From Myxococcota bacterium (GTDB lineage: Bacteria; Myxococcota_A; SURF-8; G963663525): a DNA stretch of 64,000 bases. Each line of letters starts with the position of its first letter. The first letter of the stretch is position 1. The notes below the pieces were generated by a model. That model was given only the letters and a program-made list of their open reading frames with translations, searched no databases and was not told where the DNA came from. The stretch lies in assembly GCA_963676915.2 (NCBI GenBank), contig CAXXVK010000001.1, positions 32,001 through 96,000 of the forward strand, in the 5' to 3' direction. A program made the translations under genes and the position numbers. Positions 38,505-48,231 of the stretch are shown piece after piece.

Positions 38505-41500
38505 TCAGTACAATCCCATTTCTTGAATCACCCAACCCACCTGATCCGTGATGGGAATGGCCGGACCGTCTTCCGTGATGGTGCCGTTCATGTAACTGAT
38601 CGAGTAGCGGGTTAGCTGTTTGCCGTCCACAACGTAGAGTTTGCTGTTGTATTCATCCACCCAGAATCTGTCTACGTTGCCGATGGGAAGAAATGAAATG
38701 TTTTCGCCCGTAACGATGTCGTAGGCCATCAATGCACCCCAACTGACGAACAGCAACCACTGGTCGCGGTAGAGATCCACGCCCCGGTCCGCATAAACGA
38801 TGTGCGAGCTTCCGAGCGTGTCGTAGCTGTAGTCGTTTTTGAGTTCTCCGAGACCTGCGTGAATTTCCAGAATTCCGTTCTCTTCGGGAACCAACTGTCC
38901 CTGGTCATCCTCGCCGCCGGCACAGGTCGCAAACAGGGTGAAGCTCGAACCGTTGTAGGTGAATTTTCGGCAATCCTTTTTTTCTTCCATCTTGACGATA
39001 GCGTTTTCGGACAACGCGCCGATCTCTTCGCCATCGGATTTGACGGGAATCATCAGAGCGGGACCGATCGTCGTTCCATCCGTGCTCATATACTCGGCAA
39101 GAATCCAGACTTTATGTGGAACTTCCAGCATTTGCAGCGGTTTGATGGTGAAATTATCGTCGGCGGCATCCGCGAGCGGATAGGTGGTCAAGTCCTGTCC
39201 GGTACGGTCGAACACATGAATTTCCGCCGATTGGCTCGTCACGGCCCAGTTCAGACCGTCTTCCAGCGGCAGGGTATCCACGAGGGTATCGCCAAGTCCC
39301 AGGGAAATCGACACCTGGGCCGCATGGCTACCCGCCGGGTTGTACCAGTGAATGGTATTGGTGCCCTGGTCGATGATCGTGGCCTGTCCCTCGTCGTTGA
39401 GGTTCATGCTGGGAACGATCTGGGTCGAAAGTCCATCGCTTGCCTGTATCACGTCTTTTTTCATATTCGCCGCATTCCAGTCCGAAATGTCGTACAGGCT
39501 GGCGTTTGTTGTATGGTCCGAAGAATTTTCCGTTACAAAGGTCAGGCCCTTGACCGCTTGTTCCTTCACGCAAGCAGGGACATCGTTATCAAGACACTCC
39601 ATATCGGAGTTGGCGCATTTCTTCAGCAATTCCCACTCGTTGGCTTCGCAGACCTCCAGGTGACTGCCATTGCAGCGGCGCCAGCCGTCGTAGCATTCGA
39701 ACTGGTCGTAGCGACCGATCTGGAAAACGCGCCAGGGTTGGGACACCGTGCCCATGTCGCTGATGACGATCGGATTGCCGAACTGGGTGGCCTGGGACAT
39801 CTGGTAATTGATGTAATAACGCTGAATGGAATTTCCCTGGGCTACGTAGAGTTTGGAATCCACTTCATCCACCCAGAAAGCATCGATGGTCTGTTCTCCC
39901 ATTTCAGCTTCCATCAATGTCAGTTGGGAGGCGTCCGTCAGATCGTAGGCATATACGCCTTCCGAGTTGGCGACGATCACCCACACCCCGCGATAGGAAA
40001 ACACGCCCATTTCGGCATCGATCGTTCCGGCACCGGTCAGGGCGTCGGCGTCGATCGTTCGGGTAATCTGGTAGGTGTCCGGGTCGATTTCGAGCACGCC
40101 GTTTTCCGTCGATACAACCGCTCCGTCGGACATGGAACCCATGCACGCCGCATAGACTTTGTGCTGGCCGAGGTTGTAATTCAGGCGGCGGCAGTTCTTT
40201 TTATCCTGGGATTCTACCGTAGCCAGACTCGATCCGTCTTCGAGTTTCCGCACGCTGACGGTCCCCGGTCCGGCGATGGTGGCATCCTGGTTGATACTCG
40301 GCAGCGGAATCCACATCGTCTCGCCAACGGGCAGAATCTGGTTGGGACGCGAATAATATTCCTGGCCCGAGTCTCCGAAATTTACAACGTTGTGGATGTC
40401 GCCGTCCGGTTCGAAGCTGATGAGGTCGTTAGGATTGCTGCGAGTGGCCCAACTCAAGCCTTCGGCATTGTAAAGAACGTCCGTAATTTTATACTCGTAG
40501 CTTTGATGATAAACGACGATTTCCTTCTCGGGACGCATGGTGGAACCAAGTTCGGCGCGTGCCGGATTGTACAGCTTGAGGGTCTCCTGTTCACGGTCGA
40601 AAACCACCGCGTAACCCGCGTTGCTGAGGTTGGAACTGGCAACCAGATCGCCGGAAAGTCCTTCGTCGCCTCCGGGAGGTACCAAGCCGCTGTGGTCCTG
40701 GTCGCGGTAGACGTTGCCGGTGCTTACTTCGAGCAGGCTGATACCGCGATGCTCCCCGCTGGAATCGCGGGTGATCAGCGTCAGACCCATGGGAACCACC
40801 GCCGGGACGCAGGCGTGAACGATTTTATCGTTGCATTCGAGACCCTCGCCGCAGGTCGTCTGCAATTCCCATTCGTTGGAATGGCAGATTTCGATGCTGT
40901 TGTTTTTACACTTTAAGCTGTCTTCGGTGCAGGTGCAGGCGGCAATGTTTTCGCCGGTCAACGTGCAGGTGCGGTCATCGGCCAGACAGTTGGTTTCGGT
41001 TTCCCAGGTCTCGTTCGTGCATTTTTCCAGGATGTTCCCGGTACAACGCAAGTCGCCGTCTTCACAGAGTTTGATAATGGGAATGTATCCCACGAAACCG
41101 TACGAAAAATGACTGACTTCCAGCGTGGCAAGACCGTCTTGGAGCGTGGGAGTTTTTTCTTCGTACACCGTGGTTTCGCCCGCAACGGTCCACATCAGTT
41201 TGATGTCGGAGTCGGTCATATCGCCGGGAAGCGTGGAATCGTCGTAGGGAATCGTTATGGTGACCGGCGTTTCGAATTCCAACCCGTTGGGACCGAACTC
41301 GTAAATCGGGCTGAGTTTGGCATAGCGGGACGGCGGCTCCAGGTAGGTTTCCCGGACGGTGAAGGTCCGTACTTCGGTCAACGCTCCGGCGGGAATGTCC
41401 AGCACCGTGCCGTCTTCCAGTTCGATGCGGCCACCGTCGGGACCGATCTGGTTGGGACCGAGTTCTTCGCTTTCCTGCTCTTGGATAATTTCCGAATCTC

Positions 41501-41594
41501 CTTCCGTCGGGGCGTTGTTACCCCCACTGTCGGAACATCCGAAAATCAGTACGAATGGCATCAGAAACCAAAGGATCGAACGAGCGGTTTTCAT
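38505..41594 (-). CDS. Lipoprotein: ZU5-like domain + Cys repeats + duplicated beta-propeller-like domain
   Basis: Lipobox IFG-C; IGPDGG..IPAGAL..FGPNGLEF..PVTI..HFS; two homologous domains (FWVDEVDSKLYV and FWVDEYNSKLYV). Confidence 0.82.
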   Translation of the reverse strand: MKTARSILWFLMPFVLIFGCSDSGGNNAPTEGDSEIIQEQESEELGPNQIGPDGGRIELEDGTVLDIPAGALTEVRTFTVRETYLEPPSRYAKLSPIYEFGPNGLEFETPVTITIPYDDSTLPGDMTDSDIKLMWTVAGETTVYEEKTPTLQDGLATLEVSHFSYGFVGYIPIIKLCEDGDLRCTGNILEKCTNETWETETNCLADDRTCTLTGENIAACTCTEDSLKCKNNSIEICHSNEWELQTTCGEGLECNDKIVHACVPAVVPMGLTLITRDSSGEHRGISLLEVSTGNVYRDQDHSGLVPPGGDEGLSGDLVASSNLSNAGYAVVFDREQETLKLYNPARAELGSTMRPEKEIVVYHQSYEYKITDVLYNAEGLSWATRSNPNDLISFEPDGDIHNVVNFGDSGQEYYSRPNQILPVGETMWIPLPSINQDATIAGPGTVSVRKLEDGSSLATVESQDKKNCRRLNYNLGQHKVYAACMGSMSDGAVVSTENGVLEIDPDTYQITRTIDADALTGAGTIDAEMGVFSYRGVWVIVANSEGVYAYDLTDASQLTLMEAEMGEQTIDAFWVDEVDSKLYVAQGNSIQRYYINYQMSQATQFGNPIVISDMGTVSQPWRVFQIGRYDQFECYDGWRRCNGSHLEVCEANEWELLKKCANSDMECLDNDVPACVKEQAVKGLTFVTENSSDHTTNASLYDISDWNAANMKKDVIQASDGLSTQIVPSMNLNDEGQATIIDQGTNTIHWYNPAGSHAAQVSISLGLGDTLVDTLPLEDGLNWAVTSQSAEIHVFDRTGQDLTTYPLADAADDNFTIKPLQMLEVPHKVWILAEYMSTDGTTIGPALMIPVKSDGEEIGALSENAIVKMEEKKDCRKFTYNGSSFTLFATCAGGEDDQGQLVPEENGILEIHAGLGELKNDYSYDTLGSSHIVYADRGVDLYRDQWLLFVSWGALMAYDIVTGENISFLPIGNVDRFWVDEYNSKLYVVDGKQLTRYSISYMNGTITEDGPAIPITDQVGWVIQEMGLY

Positions 41595-41732
41595 GGTTCA
41601 GTCTCCCGAAAGTCAACAGGTTCGGCCAACGGTCGTAAAATCGTCGGCATGGGTCATATTTCCCGAATCTCAAGGCATGTACCACGGAATCCTAAGAAAG
41701 TCTAACCCATTTCCAACTCGCCCACCTGGTGG

Positions 41733-41934
41733 GGGTGCATCACAAAATAGTGCGACTTTCGTAAAATCCTCTTTTTTCGTAGCGGCGAGGCGTAAGCCCG
41801 CCGTTTTTGCCTTTTGAAAGTTGCTTTTATACCCCCAATCTCCCTTTTCGGCGGGCTTACGCCTCGCCGCTACAACCCAATGAATGAATGCTTCAATACT
41901 ATTGGGCCAATTCGCTGCATTTTGTGATGCACCC
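41733..41934. mobile_element. Second copy of MITE-2 with an internal class C REP doublet (41779-41873)
   Basis: Near-identical to 21140-21342; perfect 16-bp TIR GGGTGCATCACAAAAT; CTGGTGG on both flanks. Confidence 0.9.
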
Positions 41935-42065
41935 CGTCTGGTGGGAAGAAACGATTTGAACAATGAATGGGGGATAAACCACGAACCCTATCGCCACCAA
42001 ACCGGAAGACGAATTGAATTGGAAGAAACGACGATAGAATGGCGAGTCTTCGATTTTGGGACTAC

Positions 42066-43682
42066 CTATCGATACAATGATTTCGCCGTTTGCACCAGTT
42101 CCAGAAATTCCTCACGATACCCGTGTTCGTCTGTACCAAGCGCTCCATTGGCGGTTTCGTAGATCGTTTGCAAAGAATCCGTGGGGGAGGAGGGCGGATT
42201 CCTCAAGACCAGACCGAAATCGGCTACTGCGGCAGCGAATCGGAAATCGAGTGAAGCCGCCGTAAAGCTTTGCTCTGGCAGGGTAGTCCGTTCCTTGATC
42301 AACAAACTTTCGTCCCCATCCGGTTGTTTGTACCGCAGACGAATTTCCATGACGGACTCGCCGGACCAGTCGTCGATGGGCGTGAAGTCTTCGATGGTTT
42401 CACCTGTCCCCGTTTCCTCGCCGATTTCTTCTCCGACCGCCACGATTTGATAAAATGCCGTCACGGTGTGACCCGAGCCGATATCCCCGGCATCTTTGGT
42501 GTCGTCTTGGAAATCCGCGTAATTCAAAACCCGGTTTTCATACCCGATCAGGCGGTAGGCTTTGATTTTTTCCGGATTGAATTCCACCTGTATTTTCACA
42601 TCCTTGGCAATAGTGTACAACGTGCCGCTGATCTGCGTTTCGAAGACTTTTTTCGCTTCTTCCATGGAGTCGATATATGCATAAGCACCATTGCCTTGAT
42701 CGGCGATTTGTTCGATCAGGGCGTCATTCAGATTTCCGGTGCCGAATCCCAGAACCGTCAAAAAGATCCCCAATTTCGCTTTTTCTTTCACCAGATCTAT
42801 CAAGGCATCGTTGTCCGTGATGCCGACGTTGAAATCTCCGTCCGTCGCCAGAATGACCCGATTGTTGCCATTTTGAATCAAGTTCTCGAAAGCGACTTGA
42901 TACGCCAGTTGAATTCCTTCCCCACCGTTGGTGCTTCCACCCGACTGCAAGGAACTCAGTGCATCGAGGATTCGGCTTCGGTCGGCTCCAGGGGTCGAAT
43001 CCAGAACCAGCCCGGAAGCTCCGGCATAAACCACGATAGCGACCCGGTCGCTCTCTCCGAGCTGATTGACCAGCAATTTGAACGTCTTGACAAGTAGCGG
43101 CAACTTGTTGGATGCACTCATGGAACCGGACACATCGATAAGAAACACCAGATTACTCGGCGTTCGATCCTCGTCCACGATCTCTTTTCCTTTCAAACCG
43201 ATGCGCATCAAGCGATGATTTTCGTTCCATAAGCATCTTGCCGTTTCGATATTAACTGAAAAGGGATGTTCATTTTGGGGCAAAGGATACGAATAATCGA
43301 AGTAATTGATCATTTCTTCCACACGAACGGCATCTTTGTTGGGCAGTTGTCCACTTTTCAGAAAACGTCGAATGTTGGCATAGGAGGCGGTGTCCACATC
43401 GATCGAAAAGGTGGAAACCGGGGTTTCTTCTACGGATATGAACGGGTTAGCCTCGATTTCTTCGTATTGCTCTTCCGAACTACCTTCATACTCACCTGCC
43501 ATCTCACCTGCCATTAAATCCGCGTCTCCATAACCGACACTACTGGCTTGATCGGTGGTGCTACCGCCGTTATCGATACCCGAATAGCTATTGTAGCCAT
43601 CCTCCGTTGCCTGTGTGTCGCTGCATCCCAACAACAAAATCGATATCGCCAGCATAATCAAACACATGGATCGGTAATTCAT
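42066..43682 (-). CDS. YfbK-like vWA domain lipoprotein
   Basis: Lipobox LLG-C; STFSIDVDTASY, MIDAS DVSGSM, LATDGDFNVG, YRLIGYENR and DAGDIGSGH motifs. Confidence 0.9.
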   Translation of the reverse strand: MNYRSMCLIMLAISILLLGCSDTQATEDGYNSYSGIDNGGSTTDQASSVGYGDADLMAGEMAGEYEGSSEEQYEEIEANPFISVEETPVSTFSIDVDTASYANIRRFLKSGQLPNKDAVRVEEMINYFDYSYPLPQNEHPFSVNIETARCLWNENHRLMRIGLKGKEIVDEDRTPSNLVFLIDVSGSMSASNKLPLLVKTFKLLVNQLGESDRVAIVVYAGASGLVLDSTPGADRSRILDALSSLQSGGSTNGGEGIQLAYQVAFENLIQNGNNRVILATDGDFNVGITDNDALIDLVKEKAKLGIFLTVLGFGTGNLNDALIEQIADQGNGAYAYIDSMEEAKKVFETQISGTLYTIAKDVKIQVEFNPEKIKAYRLIGYENRVLNYADFQDDTKDAGDIGSGHTVTAFYQIVAVGEEIGEETGTGETIEDFTPIDDWSGESVMEIRLRYKQPDGDESLLIKERTTLPEQSFTAASLDFRFAAAVADFGLVLRNPPSSPTDSLQTIYETANGALGTDEHGYREEFLELVQTAKSLYR

Positions 43683-43920
43683 GGCATACCACCTTTCGAA
43701 ATCGACTGTATATTCTTATAATAACCTTGGAGGATTTTAACCGAGATGTCAATCTGCTAATATTAATGTATTGGTTCTTTAACTCCGAAGACACGATCAA
43801 GAAAAACATAAGATTTCCCATCTCGTGCCAAATCACAACATTTTCCGGTTGTTAAAGCGAAACTTTCCGCTTCTTGAGACGCTTTTAACCCTACGATTAA
43901 AAACGTCGGAGTACCTGTCC

Positions 43921-43946
43921 GATGGACGGGGATTGTATCCTGCTCC
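43921..43946 (+). repeat. Class B REP, hybrid of the two arm subtypes
   Basis: GATGGACGGGGATTGTATCCTGCTCC. Confidence 0.7.
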
Positions 43947-44280
43947 GTCTGTACCGTCGACCGCCTGGGGAACGTCATCATCTTACCACGATATTTCCGA
44001 TGAACAGTCGCTTGGCATGGATCATACAAGGCTTTGTTTTCCATGGTTTGTTGTTTCGCTATATAATATGAGACGATACTTCCTTAGAATTTTCCTGTAC
44101 TTTCATGCGTCTTCAACCCATCTTTTTGGCCTTTTATGCGCATAGTTCTTGCGAAATCGTACGAAACCGAGTAGGAATGGACCCTCGCGGCGGGACGCCG
44201 ACCATTTTGGCGGTGATCCGGGGGCCGTACACATTCTCTTTTCCCAGGTTCGGTGAGCCTACCCTTATCGGAGGTAACAC

Positions 44281-45207
44281 ATGCCATCCTCGAAGATCGA
44301 AATCCATCATCTGATCGACATGAAACGGCGGGGCGAGAAAATCTCGATGCTGACCGCCTACGACTACCCAAGCGCCCGCATTCTCGACGAAGCGGGCATC
44401 GACTGCCTGTTGGTCGGTGACAGCGCCGCCAACGTAGTGCTGGGTTACCCGGATACGCTGCCGGTCAGTATGGACGAGCTGGTCATCCTCACCCGTGCCG
44501 TGTCGCGGGGAGCGAAACGGTCTTTCGTCATCGGCGACATGCCGTTCATGTCCTACAACATCAGTGTGTCCGATGCGATCCGCAATGCTGGCCGTTTCTT
44601 GAAAGAAGGCCGGGCCAACGCCATCAAGCTGGAAGGCGGCGGAGCGGTGGCCGATACGGTGCGGGCGCTGGTACAGGCGGGAATTCCCGTGGTCGGTCAC
44701 TTGGGACTGACTCCCCAGACCGCCGGAATGATCGGTGGCTTGAAAGTGCAGGGACGTACGGCCGAGCAGGCAGCGAAAATCCTGGAAGACGCCAAGCGAC
44801 TGGAAGAGGCCGGAGCCTTCATGTTGGTGCTCGAAGCCATCCCGAAGCGGGTCGCGGCTCTGATTTCCAGCCGCGTTTCCATTCCCGTGATCGGTATCGG
44901 AGCGGGTTGCGACTGCGACGGCCAGGTGTTGGTATTGCACGACATGCTGGGTATCAATGCAGGTTTCAAACCGAAATTCGTCAAGCGTTTCGCACAGTTG
45001 GAACAAGAAATACTCGACGCGGCGCGCCGCTACCACGAAGAAGTCCGTGCCCAGACATTTCCTGCCGAAGAGCACAGCTTCACCATCGATGACGAACAGT
45101 ATCGTCACATCGAATCGGTCCTCGGCACCTCGTCGAAAGCCAAATCCAACGGCGGCAACGGACGTTCGAAGCATCGTTCCACGTCACGGGTTCCCGTAGC
45201 CAACTGA
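44281..45207 (+). CDS. panB: 3-methyl-2-oxobutanoate hydroxymethyltransferase
   Basis: MLTAYD, LLVGDS, GDMPF, KLEGG, GHLGLTPQ and GIGAG..CDGQVLV motifs; GGAGG RBS. Confidence 0.96.
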   Translation: MPSSKIEIHHLIDMKRRGEKISMLTAYDYPSARILDEAGIDCLLVGDSAANVVLGYPDTLPVSMDELVILTRAVSRGAKRSFVIGDMPFMSYNISVSDAIRNAGRFLKEGRANAIKLEGGGAVADTVRALVQAGIPVVGHLGLTPQTAGMIGGLKVQGRTAEQAAKILEDAKRLEEAGAFMLVLEAIPKRVAALISSRVSIPVIGIGAGCDCDGQVLVLHDMLGINAGFKPKFVKRFAQLEQEILDAARRYHEEVRAQTFPAEEHSFTIDDEQYRHIESVLGTSSKAKSNGGNGRSKHRSTSRVPVAN

Positions 45208-45245
45208 AGATCTTCCCGACTCGGGTTCGAACACACACACGACAC

Positions 45246-45281
45246 AAAAAAACCGGCAAGCGTCGCTTGCCGGTTTTTTTT
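45246..45281. terminator. Bidirectional intrinsic terminator
   Basis: A7-CCGGCAAGC-GTC-GCTTGCCGG-T8 between convergent genes. Confidence 0.9.
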
Positions 45282-45297
45282 ATTGAAAATGTTTGGA

Positions 45298-45666
45298 TTA
45301 TCCGCAACCTCCGCAGCAACTTCCGCAGCTTCCCGCTCCACTGTCTCCCGAAGGCTTGTTGAACTTCATGACGAATCCTTCACCCATGCCGGGATCTTGG
45401 ACGAAATCGATGGAGAGTCCGTCGAAGGAGTCGATCATCATTTTCATGTTCTCGTCACCGATGATCGTCAGGCCTTTATCCTGGTAGACCATCGATTCAG
45501 CCTGGGGGTCGTCGAGCGCGAGACCCAATTGCGGTCCGCTGCATCCCATACCCGTTACGATAACACGCAGCACCTTGCCTTCGGTTTCCTCTTTTTGCAT
45601 GATTTCCAAAAGCTTGTTTGCCGCGCCATCGCTGACATCGACTTGGACCGATTGTGTTTCCGTCAT
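45298..45666 (-). CDS. IscA/HesB-family protein, cysteine form
   Basis: VSDGAA..LRV..GMGCSGPQLGLALD..IDF; C-terminal CGSCCGGCG. Confidence 0.85.
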   Translation of the reverse strand: MTETQSVQVDVSDGAANKLLEIMQKEETEGKVLRVIVTGMGCSGPQLGLALDDPQAESMVYQDKGLTIIGDENMKMMIDSFDGLSIDFVQDPGMGEGFVMKFNKPSGDSGAGSCGSCCGGCG

Positions 45667-45825
45667 CTGAATTCCTTTCTTCCGTGTTTTCTCCAGGTTT
45701 TCGGATCGTCGATTCGATCCTCTTTCATCTCCGGCCAGTCTGTCGGCCATCGATCATGCGAACTATTCGAAAGCCCATTCAGAGAAACATCGGTTGCGTC
45801 GAGTCCGCCTCGTTCGGGGACGAAA

Positions 45826-46185
45826 TCAGCCGCATCCGCCACTGGAGCAGGAGCCGCTGGAACAGGACGACGCGCTTGCGAATTTCACGCTGAATCCCGT
45901 TCCCATCGTCGGGTGGTTGACGAAATCGACTTCTATGCCACCATACATTTCTATCATCGTCTTCATTTGGTTATCGGCGATGATGGTTAAGTCGTTCTCG
46001 GAATAGACGTTCATTTCTTCTTGTGGCTCATCCAGAGCCATGCCCAAACTGGGACCGCCTCAACCCATTCCCGCGACAAGCAGCCGTAACACCTTGCCTT
46101 GGTTTTCCTCCTGGGACATGAATTCTCCCAGTTTTTCCGCCGCTTCCTGGCTGACGGAAATGTTGTAATTTCCTACGCTGCCCAT
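45826..46185 (-). CDS. HesB-like selenoprotein (in-frame UGA at codon 42, 46062-46060)
   Basis: ATG at 46185 with an AAAGGA RBS; reads LRLLVAGMG-U-GGPSLGMALDEPQ, and U aligns with the Cys of the neighbouring paralog; TGGCTC-TGGAT-GAGCCA hairpin about 20 nt after the UGA. Confidence 0.85.
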
Positions 46186-46267
46186 GTTTTTTCCTTTCGT
46201 TCCAGAAAATTACCAACTCTCGGTTCCACTGTATCCCGACGGCGACCGCCGTCCGAAATCAAGCGCC

Positions 46268-46474
46268 TCACGAACAACCGCCCGATCCGCAGGACGACGA
46301 TGTTGGAGGTCCGTTATACCCATCACCGCCCACGGAAGCAAATCCGGAAAGAACCCTTGTAACATCCACCGATTGACAGTTGGGGCACTTGAGATCCTCC
46401 GTATCGGTTTTTCGAAGAATCAACTCCTCGAAAACCGTTTTGCAATCGTTGCATTGAAATTCGTACATCGGCAT
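46268..46474 (-). CDS. FmdB-family zinc-ribbon protein
   Basis: MPMYEFQCNDC...FE...CPNCQS...RVLS; Cys-containing tail. Confidence 0.88.
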   Translation of the reverse strand: MPMYEFQCNDCKTVFEELILRKTDTEDLKCPNCQSVDVTRVLSGFASVGGDGYNGPPTSSSCGSGGCS

Positions 46475-46720
46475 GATCGTAATCCTCTGCTTCCGAAATC
46501 GTCTCTTGAAGATAGAGCCGGTCCGAAGAAAAAGGTTGCAAATGAAATCATTCCATTCGCTAAAGATACTATAGTTCGTCCGTTTCAAATGTCCAGTATG
46601 TGAATGGATTATCTCAAGAGAGCATGACTGAAAGGATAGGGAAGATCGGTTATTCTCAACGAGAGTGGATTCAAACCACAGGTCGGGTACATTTTCAATC
46701 TTATACTATTTCGCTATCAA

Positions 46721-46883
46721 GTAGGTCGGGCAAATTTCTTGCCCGACAATGCCAAGGTGTCGGCTGAAAATCACCCGATCTTACGGGATTATCCGCTTTC
46801 ACGGAGATGTCAGAAATTTGATCGTTGAAGGTGAAATGGTAGTACGTTGTAAAAATGTCGGGCAAAAAATTTGCCCGACCTAC
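46721..46883. repeat. Class A REP doublet (46721-46784) and single REP (46857-46883, -)
   Basis: GTAGGTCGGGCAAATTTCTTGCCCGAC-AATGCCAAGGT-degenerate arm; GTCGGGCAAAAAATTTGCCCGACCTAC. Confidence 0.87.
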
Positions 46884-46965
46884 GGTTTTTTCGTCAATAG
46901 TCCGTTCTATTGATGAAGAATTCATCAAGTAAAACAACTGGTTACGAGCACATTCAAGGTATTCG

Positions 46966-48231
46966 CTATTTCAGGAGCGCTTCCCCCTCGGGATCGAAAC
47001 TGTAATGGACGTGCTGGAAGGCGTTGCGCATTTCGTGCACTTCCTCGGGAATGTACTCTCCGTCGATGAGGCATTTTTTAAACAGTTTGGCAATCTGCAC
47101 CATGTCGTCTTCGCGCATTCCGAAACGGGTCATTTCCTGAACACCCAGACGAACCCCGGCGGGATTGGCGACGTTTTCCAAGCGCTCGTGAGGCAACAGG
47201 TTCATATTGATGACGATGCCGTTGTCCTGCAAGATACGGGAAACTTCATCGCCGCCACCGAAACGGGCCATGTCCACGGCCACTTGATGGCTTTCGGTGT
47301 AATCGAACTCCCGCGCTTGCACGTCGAAGCCTTCGTCATCCAGAGCTTTGGCGAAACTCTTGGCGTTGCGGATGACCTGGTCTGCATAATCTTGAGCGAA
47401 ATCAAGCATCTCCGCCGTCGCAACCGCTAGACTTGTAAGAGTGTCGAGGTGATGGTTGGAACTGGAAGCCGGGAACGCGCCTTTGTCGATCTTGCGCCAT
47501 TCCGCCGGACCGGCGTTGCTGGCGATGATTCCACGCTGGGAACCGAAGAAGGTTTTGTGGGTGCTGCCGGTCATCAGGTGCGCGCCTTCTCTCAATGGAG
47601 CCTGGAACCGTCGACCCGCCACAAGCCCTAAAACGTGCGCCGCGTCGTAGATGATCGTCGTATCTTTGCCCTGCACCATGTCGGCCAGTTTTTCGACCGG
47701 TTCGGGGAATAGAAACAGGCTTTTTCCCAAAATCAACACTTTCGGAGAAAAAGTTTTGATGATTTTCCAGGTGGTGTCCACGTCGATGTGGTAGCCATCT
47801 TTCGTCAACGGAAAGTCAATGATATTGGGGGTATACTTGCCGACCGAACCCACTTTGTGGTGACTGATATGCCCACCGCCGGGAGTGGAGTTGACCATCA
47901 CGACGTTTCCCCAGCGAATATAGCGTGAAAACACCGCTTCGTTGGCGACCGTGCCGGAAATCGGTCGGACATCCACGTTTTTGCAGTTGAACAGGCTTTT
48001 CATCTGGTGGCTTAAACGATCTTCGATGTCGTCGATTTTGTCGGTGCCCCGATAATAGCGCGTTCCGGGATGGCCTTCGGCATAACGGTGGGCGAAGTCC
48101 GAACCCAGCACCTTGCGGGCGCGGTTGCTCAACACGTTTTCACTGGCGATCAGATTGAGGGTGCTCGACCGCCACTCGTTCTGCTCGCCAACGAGCTTTT
48201 CGATCCAGCGTACATTTTGTTCGTAAACCAT
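46966..48231 (-). CDS. glyA: Serine hydroxymethyltransferase, archaeal-like subtype
   Basis: LNLIASEN, YAEGHPG.RYY, GGHISH, YDAAH and GSTHKTFFG motifs. Confidence 0.92.
   Translation of the reverse strand: MVYEQNVRWIEKLVGEQNEWRSSTLNLIASENVLSNRARKVLGSDFAHRYAEGHPGTRYYRGTDKIDDIEDRLSHQMKSLFNCKNVDVRPISGTVANEAVFSRYIRWGNVVMVNSTPGGGHISHHKVGSVGKYTPNIIDFPLTKDGYHIDVDTTWKIIKTFSPKVLILGKSLFLFPEPVEKLADMVQGKDTTIIYDAAHVLGLVAGRRFQAPLREGAHLMTGSTHKTFFGSQRGIIASNAGPAEWRKIDKGAFPASSSNHHLDTLTSLAVATAEMLDFAQDYADQVIRNAKSFAKALDDEGFDVQAREFDYTESHQVAVDMARFGGGDEVSRILQDNGIVINMNLLPHERLENVANPAGVRLGVQEMTRFGMREDDMVQIAKLFKKCLIDGEYIPEEVHEMRNAFQHVHYSFDPEGEALLK

Noticed and set aside
45210-45245. GGGTTCGAA as a tRNA T-loop
   Set aside because: No cloverleaf can be built; it lies in a short 3' UTR before a terminator.
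45826-46216. HesB gene as a nonsense pseudogene or two small ORFs
   Set aside because: The single UGA falls on the conserved Cys position with a downstream hairpin and no other lesions, which favours selenocysteine.
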